Positions 49,695 to 59,786 of a stretch of DNA of 64,000 bases are shown in pieces. The notes beneath the pieces are model-generated. The model was given only the letters and a program-made list of their open reading frames with translations. It was not told where the DNA came from and searched no databases. Each line of letters begins with the position of its first letter. The first letter of the stretch is position 1. Location of the stretch: contig JAGWMX010000002.1 in assembly GCA_028871525.1 (NCBI GenBank), positions 4,940 through 68,939 of the forward strand. Reading direction: 5' to 3'. Source of the stretch: Gammaproteobacteria bacterium (GTDB lineage Bacteria; Pseudomonadota; Gammaproteobacteria; Nevskiales; Nevskiaceae). Both the position numbers and the translations under genes were made by a program.

Positions 49695-50801
49695 TTACGC
49701 CAGCGGCGGATAATCGGTATAACCGCGAGCACCGCCACCGTAGAAAGTGCCGGGATCCGGCGGGTTCAGCGCTGCGTTTTCGCGCAAGCGGCGCGGCAGA
49801 TCCGGGTTGGCAATGAACGGCCGGCCGAAGACCACCGCGTCGGCGTAACCGCTACCGATCGCCGCGACCGCCAGTTCGCGGGTATAGCCGTTGTTGACCA
49901 GCCAGGCCCCCGAAAAACACCGGCGCAGCGCCGCATAGTCGAACGGGATGTCGCGGGCGCCGCCGGTATCGCCCTCGATGACATGCACGTAAGCGATCTT
50001 CAGCGCATCGAGGCGTTCGACCGCGCGCCGGAACAGCGCCGCCGGATCGGAATCCCGCATGTCGTTGAACGACGACACCGGCGCCAGACGCACGCCGACC
50101 CGCCCGGACCCGACCTCGGCGGCCACGGCCTGCATCACCTCGAACAGCAGGCGGCTACGGTTGTCGATGCTGCCGCCGTAGCCGTCGTCGCGCTGGTTGC
50201 TGCCGTCGCGTAGGAACTGATCCAGCAGATAGCCGTTGGCGGCGTGCACTTCGACCCCGTCGAAGCCGGCGATGCGGGCGTTGGCCGCTGCCCGCCGATA
50301 GACCTCGACCACGCCGGGGATCTCGTCGGTGCGCAGCGCGCGCGGTTCGGAAACGTCGACATAGCCGCTGGCGACGTAGGTCTTGGTGCGGGCGCGGATT
50401 GGCGACGGCGCCACCGGCGCCTGCCCATTCGGCTGCAGGCTGACGTGGCTGATGCGGCCGACGTGCCACAGCTGCAGCAGGATTTTGCCTCCGGCTCGGT
50501 GAACCGCCTCGGTGATGCGCTTCCAGCCGTCGACCTGCGCGGCGCTGTGGATACCCGGCGTCGCCAGATAGCCCTGGCCCTCGGGGCAGACCTGTGTGGC
50601 TTCGGCGATGATCAAACCGGCGCTGGCGCGCTGCGCATAGTACTCGGCCATCAGCGGTGTCGGCACGTTGCCGGGGAGTGCGGCACGACTGCGCGTCAGC
50701 GGTGCCATCAGCACGCGGCTGGACAGCTCCAGCGCACCCGCGCGCAGCGGTTTGAACAAGACCTCGACCGAATCAGCAGCAGCAGCAGCACGACCGTCCA
50801 T
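49695..50801 (-). CDS. Old Yellow Enzyme family alkene reductase (NemA-like NADH:flavin oxidoreductase)
   Basis: 368 aa with PLTRSRA, QLWHVGR and HAANGYLLDQFL motifs. Confidence 0.85.
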   Translation of the reverse strand: MDGRAAAAADSVEVLFKPLRAGALELSSRVLMAPLTRSRAALPGNVPTPLMAEYYAQRASAGLIIAEATQVCPEGQGYLATPGIHSAAQVDGWKRITEAVHRAGGKILLQLWHVGRISHVSLQPNGQAPVAPSPIRARTKTYVASGYVDVSEPRALRTDEIPGVVEVYRRAAANARIAGFDGVEVHAANGYLLDQFLRDGSNQRDDGYGGSIDNRSRLLFEVMQAVAAEVGSGRVGVRLAPVSSFNDMRDSDPAALFRRAVERLDALKIAYVHVIEGDTGGARDIPFDYAALRRCFSGAWLVNNGYTRELAVAAIGSGYADAVVFGRPFIANPDLPRRLRENAALNPPDPGTFYGGGARGYTDYPPLA

Positions 50802-50929
50802 CTTTTCTCCTGGGCATCAAGCGGTGGAATGCGCAGTTCTTGGGGCACTACCGGCGCGGTTCAAGAGCCACCGCACGGCCTGGCGCGCAACGGCGCTAGA
50901 CTGTGCCGATCTCGAACCATCACGGGCCG

Positions 50930-52132
50930 ATGTCCGAAGACACTCGTTTCGAGACGCTGGCGGTTCACGCCGGTCGTCGGGTCGATTCCCACACGGGCGC
51001 GGTGGCGCCGGGCATCGCGCTGTCCTCAGTGTACTCGCCGGACGCCGGTTCGGACTACAACTATTCTCGGGTCGATAACCCCAATCGACGCCGGCTCGAG
51101 GCCTGCCTGGCGCAATTGGAAGGCGGCACGGCCTGCGCCTGCTTCGCATCGGGAGTCGCCGCGGCCAGCGCGGTGCTGCATGCGCTGGCGCCGGGCGATC
51201 GCGTCTTGGTCACCGAGGACGTCTATTACGGCAACCGGCTGCTGCTGACGCGCGAGCTGGCGCGCTGGGGGCTGGAAGTGGTGTTCGTCGACACCACCGA
51301 CATCACCGCAGTCAAAGCCGCCTGTACGCCGCGCACGCGGCTGATCTGGGCCGAGACGCCGTCGAACCCGATGCTGCGGATCAGCGACATCGCGGCATTG
51401 GCCCAACTGGCTCACTCGCGCGATATGCGGCTGGCGGTGGACAACACGTTTGCCACGCCGGTGCTGCAGCGGCCGCTGGCGTCGGACGCCGACCTGGTGG
51501 TGCATTCAGCGACCAAGTACTTCGGCGGCCACAGCGATGTCCTCGGCGGCGCGGTGATCGCACGCGATGACGACAAATTCTTTCACCGCGTGCGTTCGCA
51601 CCAGATTACCTGCGGTGCGGTGCCGTCGCCGTTCGACTGCTGGCTGCTGCACCGCTCAATCGCCACCTTGCCGCTGCGGGTCCGCGCACAGTGCGCCAAC
51701 GCGCATGCGGTGGCCGAACATCTGGCGCGGCATCCGGCGGTGGCCGAGGTCCGCTACCCGGGGCTGCCGCAGCACCCGCAGCATGCACTGGCGATGCGGC
51801 AGATGCGCGCCGGCGGCGCCGTGGTCAGCTTCAGGCCGCACGGCGGCCGCGGCGCAGCGGAGGCGGCCGTCGCCGCCGCCCGGCTGTTCACCCGCGCCAC
51901 CAGCCTCGGCAGCGTCGAGAGCCTGATCGAACGGCGCGCGACCGCCGAAGGGCCCGACAGCGCCACGCCGCCCGACCTGATCCGGCTGTCGATCGGCGTC
52001 GAACACGCCGAAGACCTGATCGCCGATCTTGATTACGCGCTGGGTGAGGGCACACGCTTTTGGCGTGACTCAATGTCACGCCCGGCGGACCCGAACGCCC
52101 GGCCAAGGATGGCCGGGCCGGGCTCAGAATGA
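50930..52132 (+). CDS. Cys/Met metabolism PLP enzyme (cystathionine gamma-synthase / beta-lyase family)
   Basis: Start taken at the ATG at 50930 ([15 protein letters not shown]). PLP-Lys context [15 protein letters not shown]. Confidence 0.8.
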   Translation: MSEDTRFETLAVHAGRRVDSHTGAVAPGIALSSVYSPDAGSDYNYSRVDNPNRRRLEACLAQLEGGTACACFASGVAAASAVLHALAPGDRVLVTEDVYYGNRLLLTRELARWGLEVVFVDTTDITAVKAACTPRTRLIWAETPSNPMLRISDIAALAQLAHSRDMRLAVDNTFATPVLQRPLASDADLVVHSATKYFGGHSDVLGGAVIARDDDKFFHRVRSHQITCGAVPSPFDCWLLHRSIATLPLRVRAQCANAHAVAEHLARHPAVAEVRYPGLPQHPQHALAMRQMRAGGAVVSFRPHGGRGAAEAAVAAARLFTRATSLGSVESLIERRATAEGPDSATPPDLIRLSIGVEHAEDLIADLDYALGEGTRFWRDSMSRPADPNARPRMAGPGSE

Positions 52133-52266
52133 ACCACTGACCTCGCGCCAAGGATGGCGGCCACGGGAGCAACATCCAACGATCCACGCTTCGGTCCCGC
52201 CTCTCGACATTCAGGTCCGATTCACGCCGCGGTGCTAGAGTGGGCCGAGAATCGTGGAGACTGTCG

Positions 52267-52602
52267 ATGAAGAGGATTCTGCTGATTCTGTGCGCTGCCC
52301 TGCTGCCGCTGGCGGCGACGGCCCATACCCGGGTGTTCGTCGGCATCAACAGCGGCGGCTACGCAGCCCCCGGCTACTACGGTTACGGCGGCTACCATGG
52401 CCCGCAGTTCGGCTTCGCCGTCCACAGTCGCCACTTCGGCTTCGGCTATTCCGGTCTGCTGCCGGGCTACTACTACGCGCCGCCGCCGGCTTATTACTAC
52501 GCGCCACCGCCGGTGGTTGTGGTCGAGCCGCCGCCGGTCGTGATCTATCGCGATCGCGACTGCTACTGGCGCGACGGCGTGCAGTACTGCTACGAAAACT
52601 GA
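52267..52602 (+). CDS. Small secreted Gly/Tyr/Pro-rich protein
   Basis: Signal peptide MKRILLILCAALLPLAATA. YYAPPPAYYYAPPP repeats and a C-terminal Cys pair (DCYWRDGVQYCYEN). No family recognised. Confidence 0.45.
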   Translation: MKRILLILCAALLPLAATAHTRVFVGINSGGYAAPGYYGYGGYHGPQFGFAVHSRHFGFGYSGLLPGYYYAPPPAYYYAPPPVVVVEPPPVVIYRDRDCYWRDGVQYCYEN

Positions 52603-52751
52603 AACTGCCGCCGATTCTGAATAGGGCTGCAGCGTGCCCGCGGTGCTTCCCCTTGCGGGCAACGCCGGTCTCTGCCGATTCCACGATCGCGGCAGCAACC
52701 GCCCGCCGCGGCGGGCTCAAGTCATCAAACAGCCGCTGACCAGTCCGACGC

Positions 52752-53516
52752 TCAGTCGCGGAACGACGAATCAAGGCGGTCGAGTTTGCGCAGCATCGCG
52801 GGCCACACCACCGCGCCGCCGAGACCGCGCGTGACCTGCTGCGCCTGAGCCTGAATACCCTTGAGGACCGGCTCGGCGATCGGAACCAGCTCGCCGCCGG
52901 CCGCTGCGTGCACCTGGATACGGCAGGCGGCGATCAGGGTGTACGTGGCCAGAAAGCTGTCCGCAACCGTCGCGCCTACGGTCAGCAGACCATGATTGCG
53001 CAAGATCAGAAAAGTCTTGTCGCCGAGGTCGCGCACCAGACGCGGCTTTTCATCCTCGTTGAGCGCCACACCCTCGTAGTCGTGGTAGCCGAGCGAAGCC
53101 AGCGCGAACAGTGACTGCTGCGAGATCGGCAACAGTCCGCCCTGCTGCGCCGACACCGCGACCCCGTGCGGCTCGTGCACGTGCAGCACGCACTGTGCGT
53201 CCTCGCGGGCGGCGTGGATCGCGCTGTGGATCATGAAGCCCGCCGGATTGACCGGGTACGGCGAGTCCATCACCTTGCGCCCCGCCAGATCGACCTTGAC
53301 CAGATTGCTGGCGGTGATCTCCTCGAACAGCATGCCGAAGGGATTGATCAGGAAGTGATGCTCCGGGCCGGGAATACGCGCGGAGATGTGGGTAAATATC
53401 AGGTCATCCCAGCGATACAGCGCGACCAGCCGGTACGCGGCGGCCAGGTCCACGCGCAGCGCCCATTCCTCCTTCGACACGCGATCGCGCAGCGGGGCAT
53501 TTTTAGCGTCGTTCAT
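52752..53516 (-). CDS. Class II aldolase/adducin family protein
   Basis: Conserved THISARIPG, HSAIHAAR and HVHEPHGVAVS. Start taken at the ATG at 53516 (254 aa); an upstream ATG at 53585 is also possible. Confidence 0.75.
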   Translation of the reverse strand: MNDAKNAPLRDRVSKEEWALRVDLAAAYRLVALYRWDDLIFTHISARIPGPEHHFLINPFGMLFEEITASNLVKVDLAGRKVMDSPYPVNPAGFMIHSAIHAAREDAQCVLHVHEPHGVAVSAQQGGLLPISQQSLFALASLGYHDYEGVALNEDEKPRLVRDLGDKTFLILRNHGLLTVGATVADSFLATYTLIAACRIQVHAAAGGELVPIAEPVLKGIQAQAQQVTRGLGGAVVWPAMLRKLDRLDSSFRD

Positions 53517-53635
53517 GGTCTTTCCGGCCGGCGTGGATTCGTCTCCATTGTGCCTGACGCCCTTGCTTGTTTCAGTGTCGGCCATCCTTGGTGCGATTGC
53601 AGAGCTTCGATCCGGCCCCGGCTCGCGTTAGGCTT

Positions 53636-55147
53636 ATGTCCGTGGACCATTCTTTCGCCGAAGCGCCGGTGCACGACGCGGTGACCGCGATCATCGAGCA
53701 CGACGGTCAGGTGCTGCTGCTGCGCCGCTGCGAAAACCTGCTCGCCTTCGCCGGCCATTACGCCTTCCCCGGCGGCAAGATCGATCCCGGCGACGCCGCG
53801 CTGGCGCCGCCGGGGTTCGAATCTCCGCGGCCGCAGGCGCTGGGAGCGCTGGCGCGCGAATTGCGCGAGGAACTGGGCCTGGATCTGTTCGCGCCGGGGG
53901 CCGGGATCCGGATCGAGCATCTGACGGAAGTCGGCTTTGCGCTGACCCCGCCGCTGGCGCCGCGGCGTTATGCGGTCCGTTTCTTCCGCCTGCGGCTGCG
54001 CAGCCGTCCACGGCTGTCAATCGACACGCGGGAGCACGATGCTTTCGCCTGGGCCGCGCCGGGGCAATGGCTCGAACGTTACGCCACCGGCACGCTGCTG
54101 CTGGCGCCGCCGACATTGATGGCCCTGCGCGACCTGAACGAAAACCCGGAAACGCCAACGCTGTCGCGCCTGGCACAATTCGGCGGGGACGGAACCTGGA
54201 ACGACCCCGACGGACCGGCTCGCGACACGGTGTCCGGAACGGTGGGTGCGGGAGCGGGCCGCGGACCCCGACCCACGCCCTCCTCCGGCGCGAGCCCTCC
54301 GCCCCCTCCCGCACCCACCTCGCTGCGCTCGGGCACCGTGTCGGGGCCGATCCCGGAACACGAACCGCTGGCCGGGCTGCGGGTGCTGTTCGTGCGCTCC
54401 AACACGCTGCCGCCGGCTGCGCACACCAATTGCTTCCTGGTCGGAGACGAAGGCCGGCCGCGCTTGCTGATCGACCCGTCTCCGGCCGACGAATACGAAT
54501 ACCGGCGCCTGCGGCGCCAGGCGGCCGGGCGTTTCGATGCCGTCTTCCTCACCCATCACCACCCCGACCACCACGAGCGCGCCGACGCCCTGGCGCGCCA
54601 ATGTGCGGTGCCGATCCTGTGCAGCGCCGACACGCACGCGCGCATTCGCGCCCGCTGGCCGGGTTTTTTCGATCGCATCGACGTGCGCGAGGTCGCCGAC
54701 GGCCAGGCCGTGACCTGCTGGCTCGGCCGCGCGGTGCACGCGCTGGCGGTGCCGGGCCACGACGCCGGGCAGCTCGCGCTGCTGCCCGAAGACCGGGCCT
54801 GGTGCATCGTCGGCGATCTGATCCAGGGGATCGGCACGGTGGTGATCGCCCCGCCCGAAGGCGACATGGGGATCTATTTCGCGACGCTGGAACGTGTCAT
54901 CGCCCTGGATCCGGCGGTGATCCTGCCCAGCCACGGCCAGGCGCTGGGCGGCACCTATTATCTGCGCGCCGCGCTGAAACACCGCCGCGTGCGCGAAGAG
55001 CAGATACTCCGTCTGTATCGTGCCGGCGCCGACGAGAACCGCATGCTGGTGGAGATTTACGCCGGCACCCCGGCGGCCCTGCTGCCGCTGGCGCGAGTGA
55101 ACATCCGCAGCCACCTCGACAAACTCGCTGCCGAAGGGCGTCTTTGA
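53636..55147 (+). CDS. NUDIX hydrolase domain fused to an MBL-fold metallo-hydrolase domain
   Basis: Start taken at the ATG at 53636. Nudix-box-like GGKIDPGD...ARELREELGL, a Gly/Pro-rich linker, and the MBL motif FLTHHHPDHH. Confidence 0.7.
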   Translation: MSVDHSFAEAPVHDAVTAIIEHDGQVLLLRRCENLLAFAGHYAFPGGKIDPGDAALAPPGFESPRPQALGALARELREELGLDLFAPGAGIRIEHLTEVGFALTPPLAPRRYAVRFFRLRLRSRPRLSIDTREHDAFAWAAPGQWLERYATGTLLLAPPTLMALRDLNENPETPTLSRLAQFGGDGTWNDPDGPARDTVSGTVGAGAGRGPRPTPSSGASPPPPPAPTSLRSGTVSGPIPEHEPLAGLRVLFVRSNTLPPAAHTNCFLVGDEGRPRLLIDPSPADEYEYRRLRRQAAGRFDAVFLTHHHPDHHERADALARQCAVPILCSADTHARIRARWPGFFDRIDVREVADGQAVTCWLGRAVHALAVPGHDAGQLALLPEDRAWCIVGDLIQGIGTVVIAPPEGDMGIYFATLERVIALDPAVILPSHGQALGGTYYLRAALKHRRVREEQILRLYRAGADENRMLVEIYAGTPAALLPLARVNIRSHLDKLAAEGRL

Positions 55148-55259
55148 TCCGGCGTTCTGCACCGTCTGTCTGCGGTTCAGCCTTCATTCAGAATCGCAGC
55201 ATGATACTGCGCCCGGGCAAAGTTTTGTTAACGCCAGCGGGCGTTCGGAGGAAACCAGA

Positions 55260-56177
55260 ATGTTCAAACGCAACCTGCCATGGATCGGCGGCGCTGCGGT
55301 CACGATGCTGGGGATCGGTCTGGCCGCTTGCTCGGGCTCGTCTTCGTCAGGCCAGATGCAGTTGGCGGTGGCCGACGCGCCGGTCGACGGCGCCACCGCG
55401 GTGGTGGTCGAGTTCACCGGCGTGGAATTGCTGCCGAACAACGGCAGCCCGGTCGAGCTCGACTTCGCTCAGCCGAAGATGATCGACCTGATCAAGGACA
55501 GCGGCACCGCCTCGGCAGTGCTGTTCGACCAACGGCTTGCTGACGGCGCCTATACCCAGGTCCGGCTCAAGGTCCTCGCCGACGGCGATCCGTCGCACTC
55601 CTTCATCACATTGTCGGACGGCACGACTCATGGCCTGCAGATTCCCAGCGGCGCGCAGACCGGACTGAAGCTGGTCTCCGGCTTCAACGTGCCACCCTCG
55701 GGCGTGGTCGATTACACCATCGACTTCGATCTGCGCAAGGCGATCACCTGTCCCAACGGCCAGAGCGCGTGTTTCCTGAAACCGGCACTGCGGCTGGTCC
55801 GCGACGATAGCGTCGGCAACATCGCCGGCACGGTCGACTCCAGCCTGGTGCCGACCGGCTGCGCGCCGGGCGTCTATCTGTATACCGGCGACGTCACCGC
55901 GCCGGAGGACTACAACAGCACCGCGCCGTCCACGGATACGAATCAGCCGATCGCGTCCAAGGTACCGCTGGCCAACAGTGCCGGCACCGGTTACGACTAT
56001 CAGTTCACGTTCCTGCCGCCGGGCAGCTATACCGCCGCGTTCACCTGCCAGGCGGCCAGCGACAACCCGGATCAGAACGACTCCCTGACCTTCAACCCGG
56101 TCGAAAGCGGCATCGGCGTCACCGCCGGGCAGACGACCACGGTGAACTTCCCGGCGTCGACTTCCACAGCACCCTGA
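55260..56177 (+). CDS. DUF4382-like lipoprotein
   Basis: Lipobox LAACS. MQLAVADAPVDGATAVVVEFTGVEL is typical of the DUF4382 N-terminus. GGAGG lies upstream. Confidence 0.6.
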   Translation: MFKRNLPWIGGAAVTMLGIGLAACSGSSSSGQMQLAVADAPVDGATAVVVEFTGVELLPNNGSPVELDFAQPKMIDLIKDSGTASAVLFDQRLADGAYTQVRLKVLADGDPSHSFITLSDGTTHGLQIPSGAQTGLKLVSGFNVPPSGVVDYTIDFDLRKAITCPNGQSACFLKPALRLVRDDSVGNIAGTVDSSLVPTGCAPGVYLYTGDVTAPEDYNSTAPSTDTNQPIASKVPLANSAGTGYDYQFTFLPPGSYTAAFTCQAASDNPDQNDSLTFNPVESGIGVTAGQTTTVNFPASTSTAP

Positions 56178-56253
56178 CGCGGGGCAAGCCTGCCGACAGC
56201 CGCGGAAGAACACACTGCGGCTGTCGGTTGGTGCATCAGACTCACCAGACCCA

Positions 56254-56784
56254 CTACCTGGCGGCGGCCGGGCCATCCAACGCCAGCTGGTAGCGCAGCT
56301 CGCGTGCTGGCCGTCCCCACACGGCGCAGTCCTTGCTCTCGGTGAGGACGAAACCGAGCGCGGTGTAGACCGCCAGCGCACGCTCCAACCCCTCCACAGT
56401 CCATAGGAACACCGAGGAAAAGCCGGCGTGCCGGCAGTAATCGACCACCGCCTCGACCAGCCAGCGACCCAGACCGAGGCCGCGCACCGAGGCGTCGGCG
56501 TATAGCAACCGAAGCTGTGCAGTGTTGTCGGGACATTCGCAGATAAACACTGAGCCGACCACGCGGCTGGCTCGCTTGGCCAACCACACGCGGGAGCGGC
56601 GCGGGTCGGCATCGAGAATGAATCCGGCGGCGATCTGTGCGCAATAGCCCTCGTGCACCGCGTTAAAACCGTAGTCACGAGCATTGCCGACGCCGTGGAT
56701 GCGGATCAGCTCACCAAGGTCGCCCGGCTCGAAGGCGTGAGCGACCGTGATGCTGGCTTCGCGCAGCCTGTCCGTTAGGTCCAT
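56254..56784 (-). CDS. GNAT family N-acetyltransferase
   Basis: Start taken at the ATG at 56784, behind GGAGAC. Acetyl-CoA binding context VRGLGLGRWLVEAVVDYCRHAGF. Confidence 0.7.
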   Translation of the reverse strand: MDLTDRLREASITVAHAFEPGDLGELIRIHGVGNARDYGFNAVHEGYCAQIAAGFILDADPRRSRVWLAKRASRVVGSVFICECPDNTAQLRLLYADASVRGLGLGRWLVEAVVDYCRHAGFSSVFLWTVEGLERALAVYTALGFVLTESKDCAVWGRPARELRYQLALDGPAAAR

Positions 56785-56942
56785 CGGTTGGTCTCCATGA
56801 CTATCGTCATCGCGAGCGCGCACAGCGCGCGTGGCGATCTCGACATCGGAGCCGCCGCCACAGCTTCGATCAATGTCGGGGGCGGCGTCGCGAGGTTGCT
56901 TCGGCCTTCGGCTTCGCAATGACGTTCCTCGCAATGACGTTT

Positions 56943-58499
56943 TCATCCGAGCGCCGCATCGACCGCGGCCAACAGCCGGCCGTCGGCGACCATCGCCGCC
57001 ACCGCGTCGATGTAAGGCTTGAGATAACAGTCCCGCTCGACGAACGGCACCTCGCCGCGGATCAACTCGTAGGCCGCCTGCGTCCCCTGCCCGAGACAGG
57101 CCTCGCCCGTCAGCGCGCCACGGCGGAAATCCACGCCCTGGGCGGCGGCCAGCAGCTCAATGGCAAGGATGACGGCGACGTTGTCGACGATCTGTCGCAG
57201 CTTCAACCCCGCGGTGACGCCCATGCTGACGTGGTCCTCGACATTGGCCGAGGTCGGGATCGTGTCGACGCTGGCCGGGTGCGCCAGCACCTTGTTCTCG
57301 CTGGCCAGCGCCGCGGCGGTGTACTGGGTGATCATGAAGCCGGAGTTGAGTCCGCCGTCGCGGGTTAAAAACGCCGGCAGCACGTGGGTGTTGGAGGCTT
57401 CGTCGGTCAGACGCATGATGCGGCGTTCGGAGATGTTGCCGAGCTCGGCCGCCGCCAGGCCCAGGTAGTCCATGGCGATGGCCAGCGGCTCGCCGTGAAA
57501 GTTGCCGCCCGAGATCACTTCGATCTCCTCGCCTTCGAGAAAGATCAACGGATTGTCGGTCACCGCGTTCAGCTCCAGCTCGAACAGCCAGCGCGAATAG
57601 GCGATGGCGTCGCGCACGGCGCCGTGCACCTGCGGAATGCAGCGCAGCGTGTACGCATCCTGCACGTAGGCGGAATCGTTGGCCGGGCGCGCGAAATCAC
57701 TGCCTTCGAGCAACGCGCGCAGGTAGGCCGCACAGTCGGCCTGGCGCGGCAGCGGGCGCAGCGCGTGGATGCGTGCGTCGAACGCCGCCGTGGTGCCATG
57801 CAGCGCCTCCAGGCTCAGCGCGCCGGCGATGTCGGCGATCTGCGACAGCGCCTCGGCGCGCAGCGTCTCCAGCACGCCGAGCGCGGCCATCACCGCGGTG
57901 CCGTTGGTCAGCGCCAGGCCCTCCTTGGCGGCGAGCACCACCGGCGCCAGCCCGGCGGCGGCCAGCGCCTGCGCGCCGGGCAATACCTGTCCGCGGTATT
58001 CCGCCTCGCCCTGGCCGATCAGCGGCAGACTCATGTGCGCCAGCGGCGCCAGGTCGCCGGAGGCGCCCAGCGAACCCTTTTGCGGGATCACCGGGTGCAC
58101 GCCACGCTCCAGCATCGCCAGCAGCAGCTCCAGCGTCGTCCGGCGCAGGCCGGAATAGCCGCTGGCCAGCGTGTTGGCGCGGATCAGCATGATCGCGCGC
58201 GTGGTCGGCACATCGAACGGCGCACCGACTCCGACCGCGTGGCTCAAGAGGATGTTTTTCTGCAGTTGCTCGACCGCCTCCGGGGCGATCACGCGGTCCT
58301 TGAAGGCGCCGAACCCGGTGGTGATGCCGTAGGCCACGCGGCCTTCGGCCAGCAGCCGCTGCACCGCCGTGGCCGATGCGTCGACCCGCGCCGCAGCGTC
58401 CAGCGACAGCGCCAGGCGCAGCGCACCCGGCGCTGCGAAAGCCACCTCGCGCACCTGCGCGAAACTCAGGTGCCGACCGTCGAGAATCACTTCATTCAC
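56943..58499 (-). CDS. hutH: Histidine ammonia-lyase
   Basis: GTG start at 58499 overlaps the hutI stop. MIO-forming ASGDLAPL and N-terminus VAYGITTGFGAF are present. The 861-aa ORF upstream part is an out-of-frame overlap of hutI. Confidence 0.9.
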   Translation of the reverse strand: MNEVILDGRHLSFAQVREVAFAAPGALRLALSLDAAARVDASATAVQRLLAEGRVAYGITTGFGAFKDRVIAPEAVEQLQKNILLSHAVGVGAPFDVPTTRAIMLIRANTLASGYSGLRRTTLELLLAMLERGVHPVIPQKGSLGASGDLAPLAHMSLPLIGQGEAEYRGQVLPGAQALAAAGLAPVVLAAKEGLALTNGTAVMAALGVLETLRAEALSQIADIAGALSLEALHGTTAAFDARIHALRPLPRQADCAAYLRALLEGSDFARPANDSAYVQDAYTLRCIPQVHGAVRDAIAYSRWLFELELNAVTDNPLIFLEGEEIEVISGGNFHGEPLAIAMDYLGLAAAELGNISERRIMRLTDEASNTHVLPAFLTRDGGLNSGFMITQYTAAALASENKVLAHPASVDTIPTSANVEDHVSMGVTAGLKLRQIVDNVAVILAIELLAAAQGVDFRRGALTGEACLGQGTQAAYELIRGEVPFVERDCYLKPYIDAVAAMVADGRLLAAVDAALG

Positions 58500-59749
58500 A
58501 CCAGTCTCCCGTTCTTGACGACGGCCGCTACCGGATTGCCGCCGAAGCTGTAGGCCAGCTCCCGCCAGTCCCGGCAGTCCAGCAGCAGCAGATCCGCCTG
58601 CTTGCCGACCTCGACCGAACCCACCTCGGCGCCCAGACCCAGGACATGGGCGGCGTTGACGGTCGCCGCATTCAGCGCCTCGGCGGGTCTGAGCTTCTGG
58701 TAGCGGCAGGCGATGGCCATCGCCAGCGGCAGCGACGGACACGGCGCCGACCCCGGATTGCAGTCGGTGCACAGCGCCAGCAACCCGCCCGCGTCGACCA
58801 GCGCGCGGGCGTTCGCGTAGCGCTGGCCGAGATGGAAACTGGCCGCCGGCATCACCACCCCTACCGTCGACGAGCGTGCCAGCCGCTGCAGCGACTCCGG
58901 CGTACTGGCCTCGAGATGATCGACCGAGACCGCTGCCAGATCCAGCGCCGCGTCGAGGCCGCCGAGCGCTTCGAACTGATCGACGTGCGCGCGCACCGGC
59001 AGACCCAGGGCACGCGCCGCGGCCAGCAGGCGGCGGCTCTGCGCGACGTCGAACGTGCCGCGCTCGCAGAACACGTCGCAGGCCAGCGGCACGCCGCGCG
59101 CGGCAAAGCGCGAGCGGGCGTGCCACTGCCGCGCCGCCGGCAGCAACTTGTCGATGACGTGATCCACGTAATCGCCCGCACGTCCGGCATACTCCGGCGG
59201 CACCACATGCGCCGCCAGCAGTGTCGGCACCAGGTCCAGCGGCAGCGCGGCATCCAGTCGCTCGATCGCCGCCAGCATCCGCAGTTCGGTTTCCAGATCC
59301 AGTCCGTAACCGCTCTTGATTTCGACGGCGGTGGTGCCCAGACGCAACATCTGCCGCAGGCGCGGCGTGGACTCGTCCACCAGCCGGTCGAGACCGGCGG
59401 CGCGGGTGGCCGCCACCGTCACCAGGATGCCGCCGCCGCTGGCCGCGATCTGCTGGTAGCTCTCTCCGGCAAGCCGTCGCTCGAATTCCCCGATCCGGCT
59501 GCCGGCGTACACCACGTGGGTGTGGCAATCCACCAGGCCCGGCAGCAGCGCGCGGCCGGCGGCATCCAGCCGTTCGGCCGCCGGATGGCGAGCAGCCAGT
59601 TCGCGGGTAGACCCGATCTCGCGGATCCGGCCGGCGGCCACCGCCACCGCCGCGTCCTCGATCACCCGCAGCGCGCCGAGCGCGGCGCCGCGCAGCGGTC
59701 CGCCGGTGCCGGTGACCAGCCGCGCGCGCTCGATGACCAGCGCCGTCAT
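58496..59749 (-). CDS. hutI: Imidazolonepropionase
   Basis: Start taken at the ATG at 59749. Metal-binding PGLVDCHTHVVYAG. Amidohydrolase fold. Confidence 0.9.
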   Translation of the reverse strand: MTALVIERARLVTGTGGPLRGAALGALRVIEDAAVAVAAGRIREIGSTRELAARHPAAERLDAAGRALLPGLVDCHTHVVYAGSRIGEFERRLAGESYQQIAASGGGILVTVAATRAAGLDRLVDESTPRLRQMLRLGTTAVEIKSGYGLDLETELRMLAAIERLDAALPLDLVPTLLAAHVVPPEYAGRAGDYVDHVIDKLLPAARQWHARSRFAARGVPLACDVFCERGTFDVAQSRRLLAAARALGLPVRAHVDQFEALGGLDAALDLAAVSVDHLEASTPESLQRLARSSTVGVVMPAASFHLGQRYANARALVDAGGLLALCTDCNPGSAPCPSLPLAMAIACRYQKLRPAEALNAATVNAAHVLGLGAEVGSVEVGKQADLLLLDCRDWRELAYSFGGNPVAAVVKNGRLV

Positions 59750-59786
59750 CGCCAGACCGTGCCAGCCGTCGCGACGGACGCGTCGT

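Noticed and set aside
58500-59528. The upstream ~340 codons of the 861-aa ORF 56943..59528
   Set aside because: Only the 3' 519 codons (from the GTG at 58499) are HutH. The upstream part is an out-of-frame read across hutI with Arg/Gly/Ala-rich composition.
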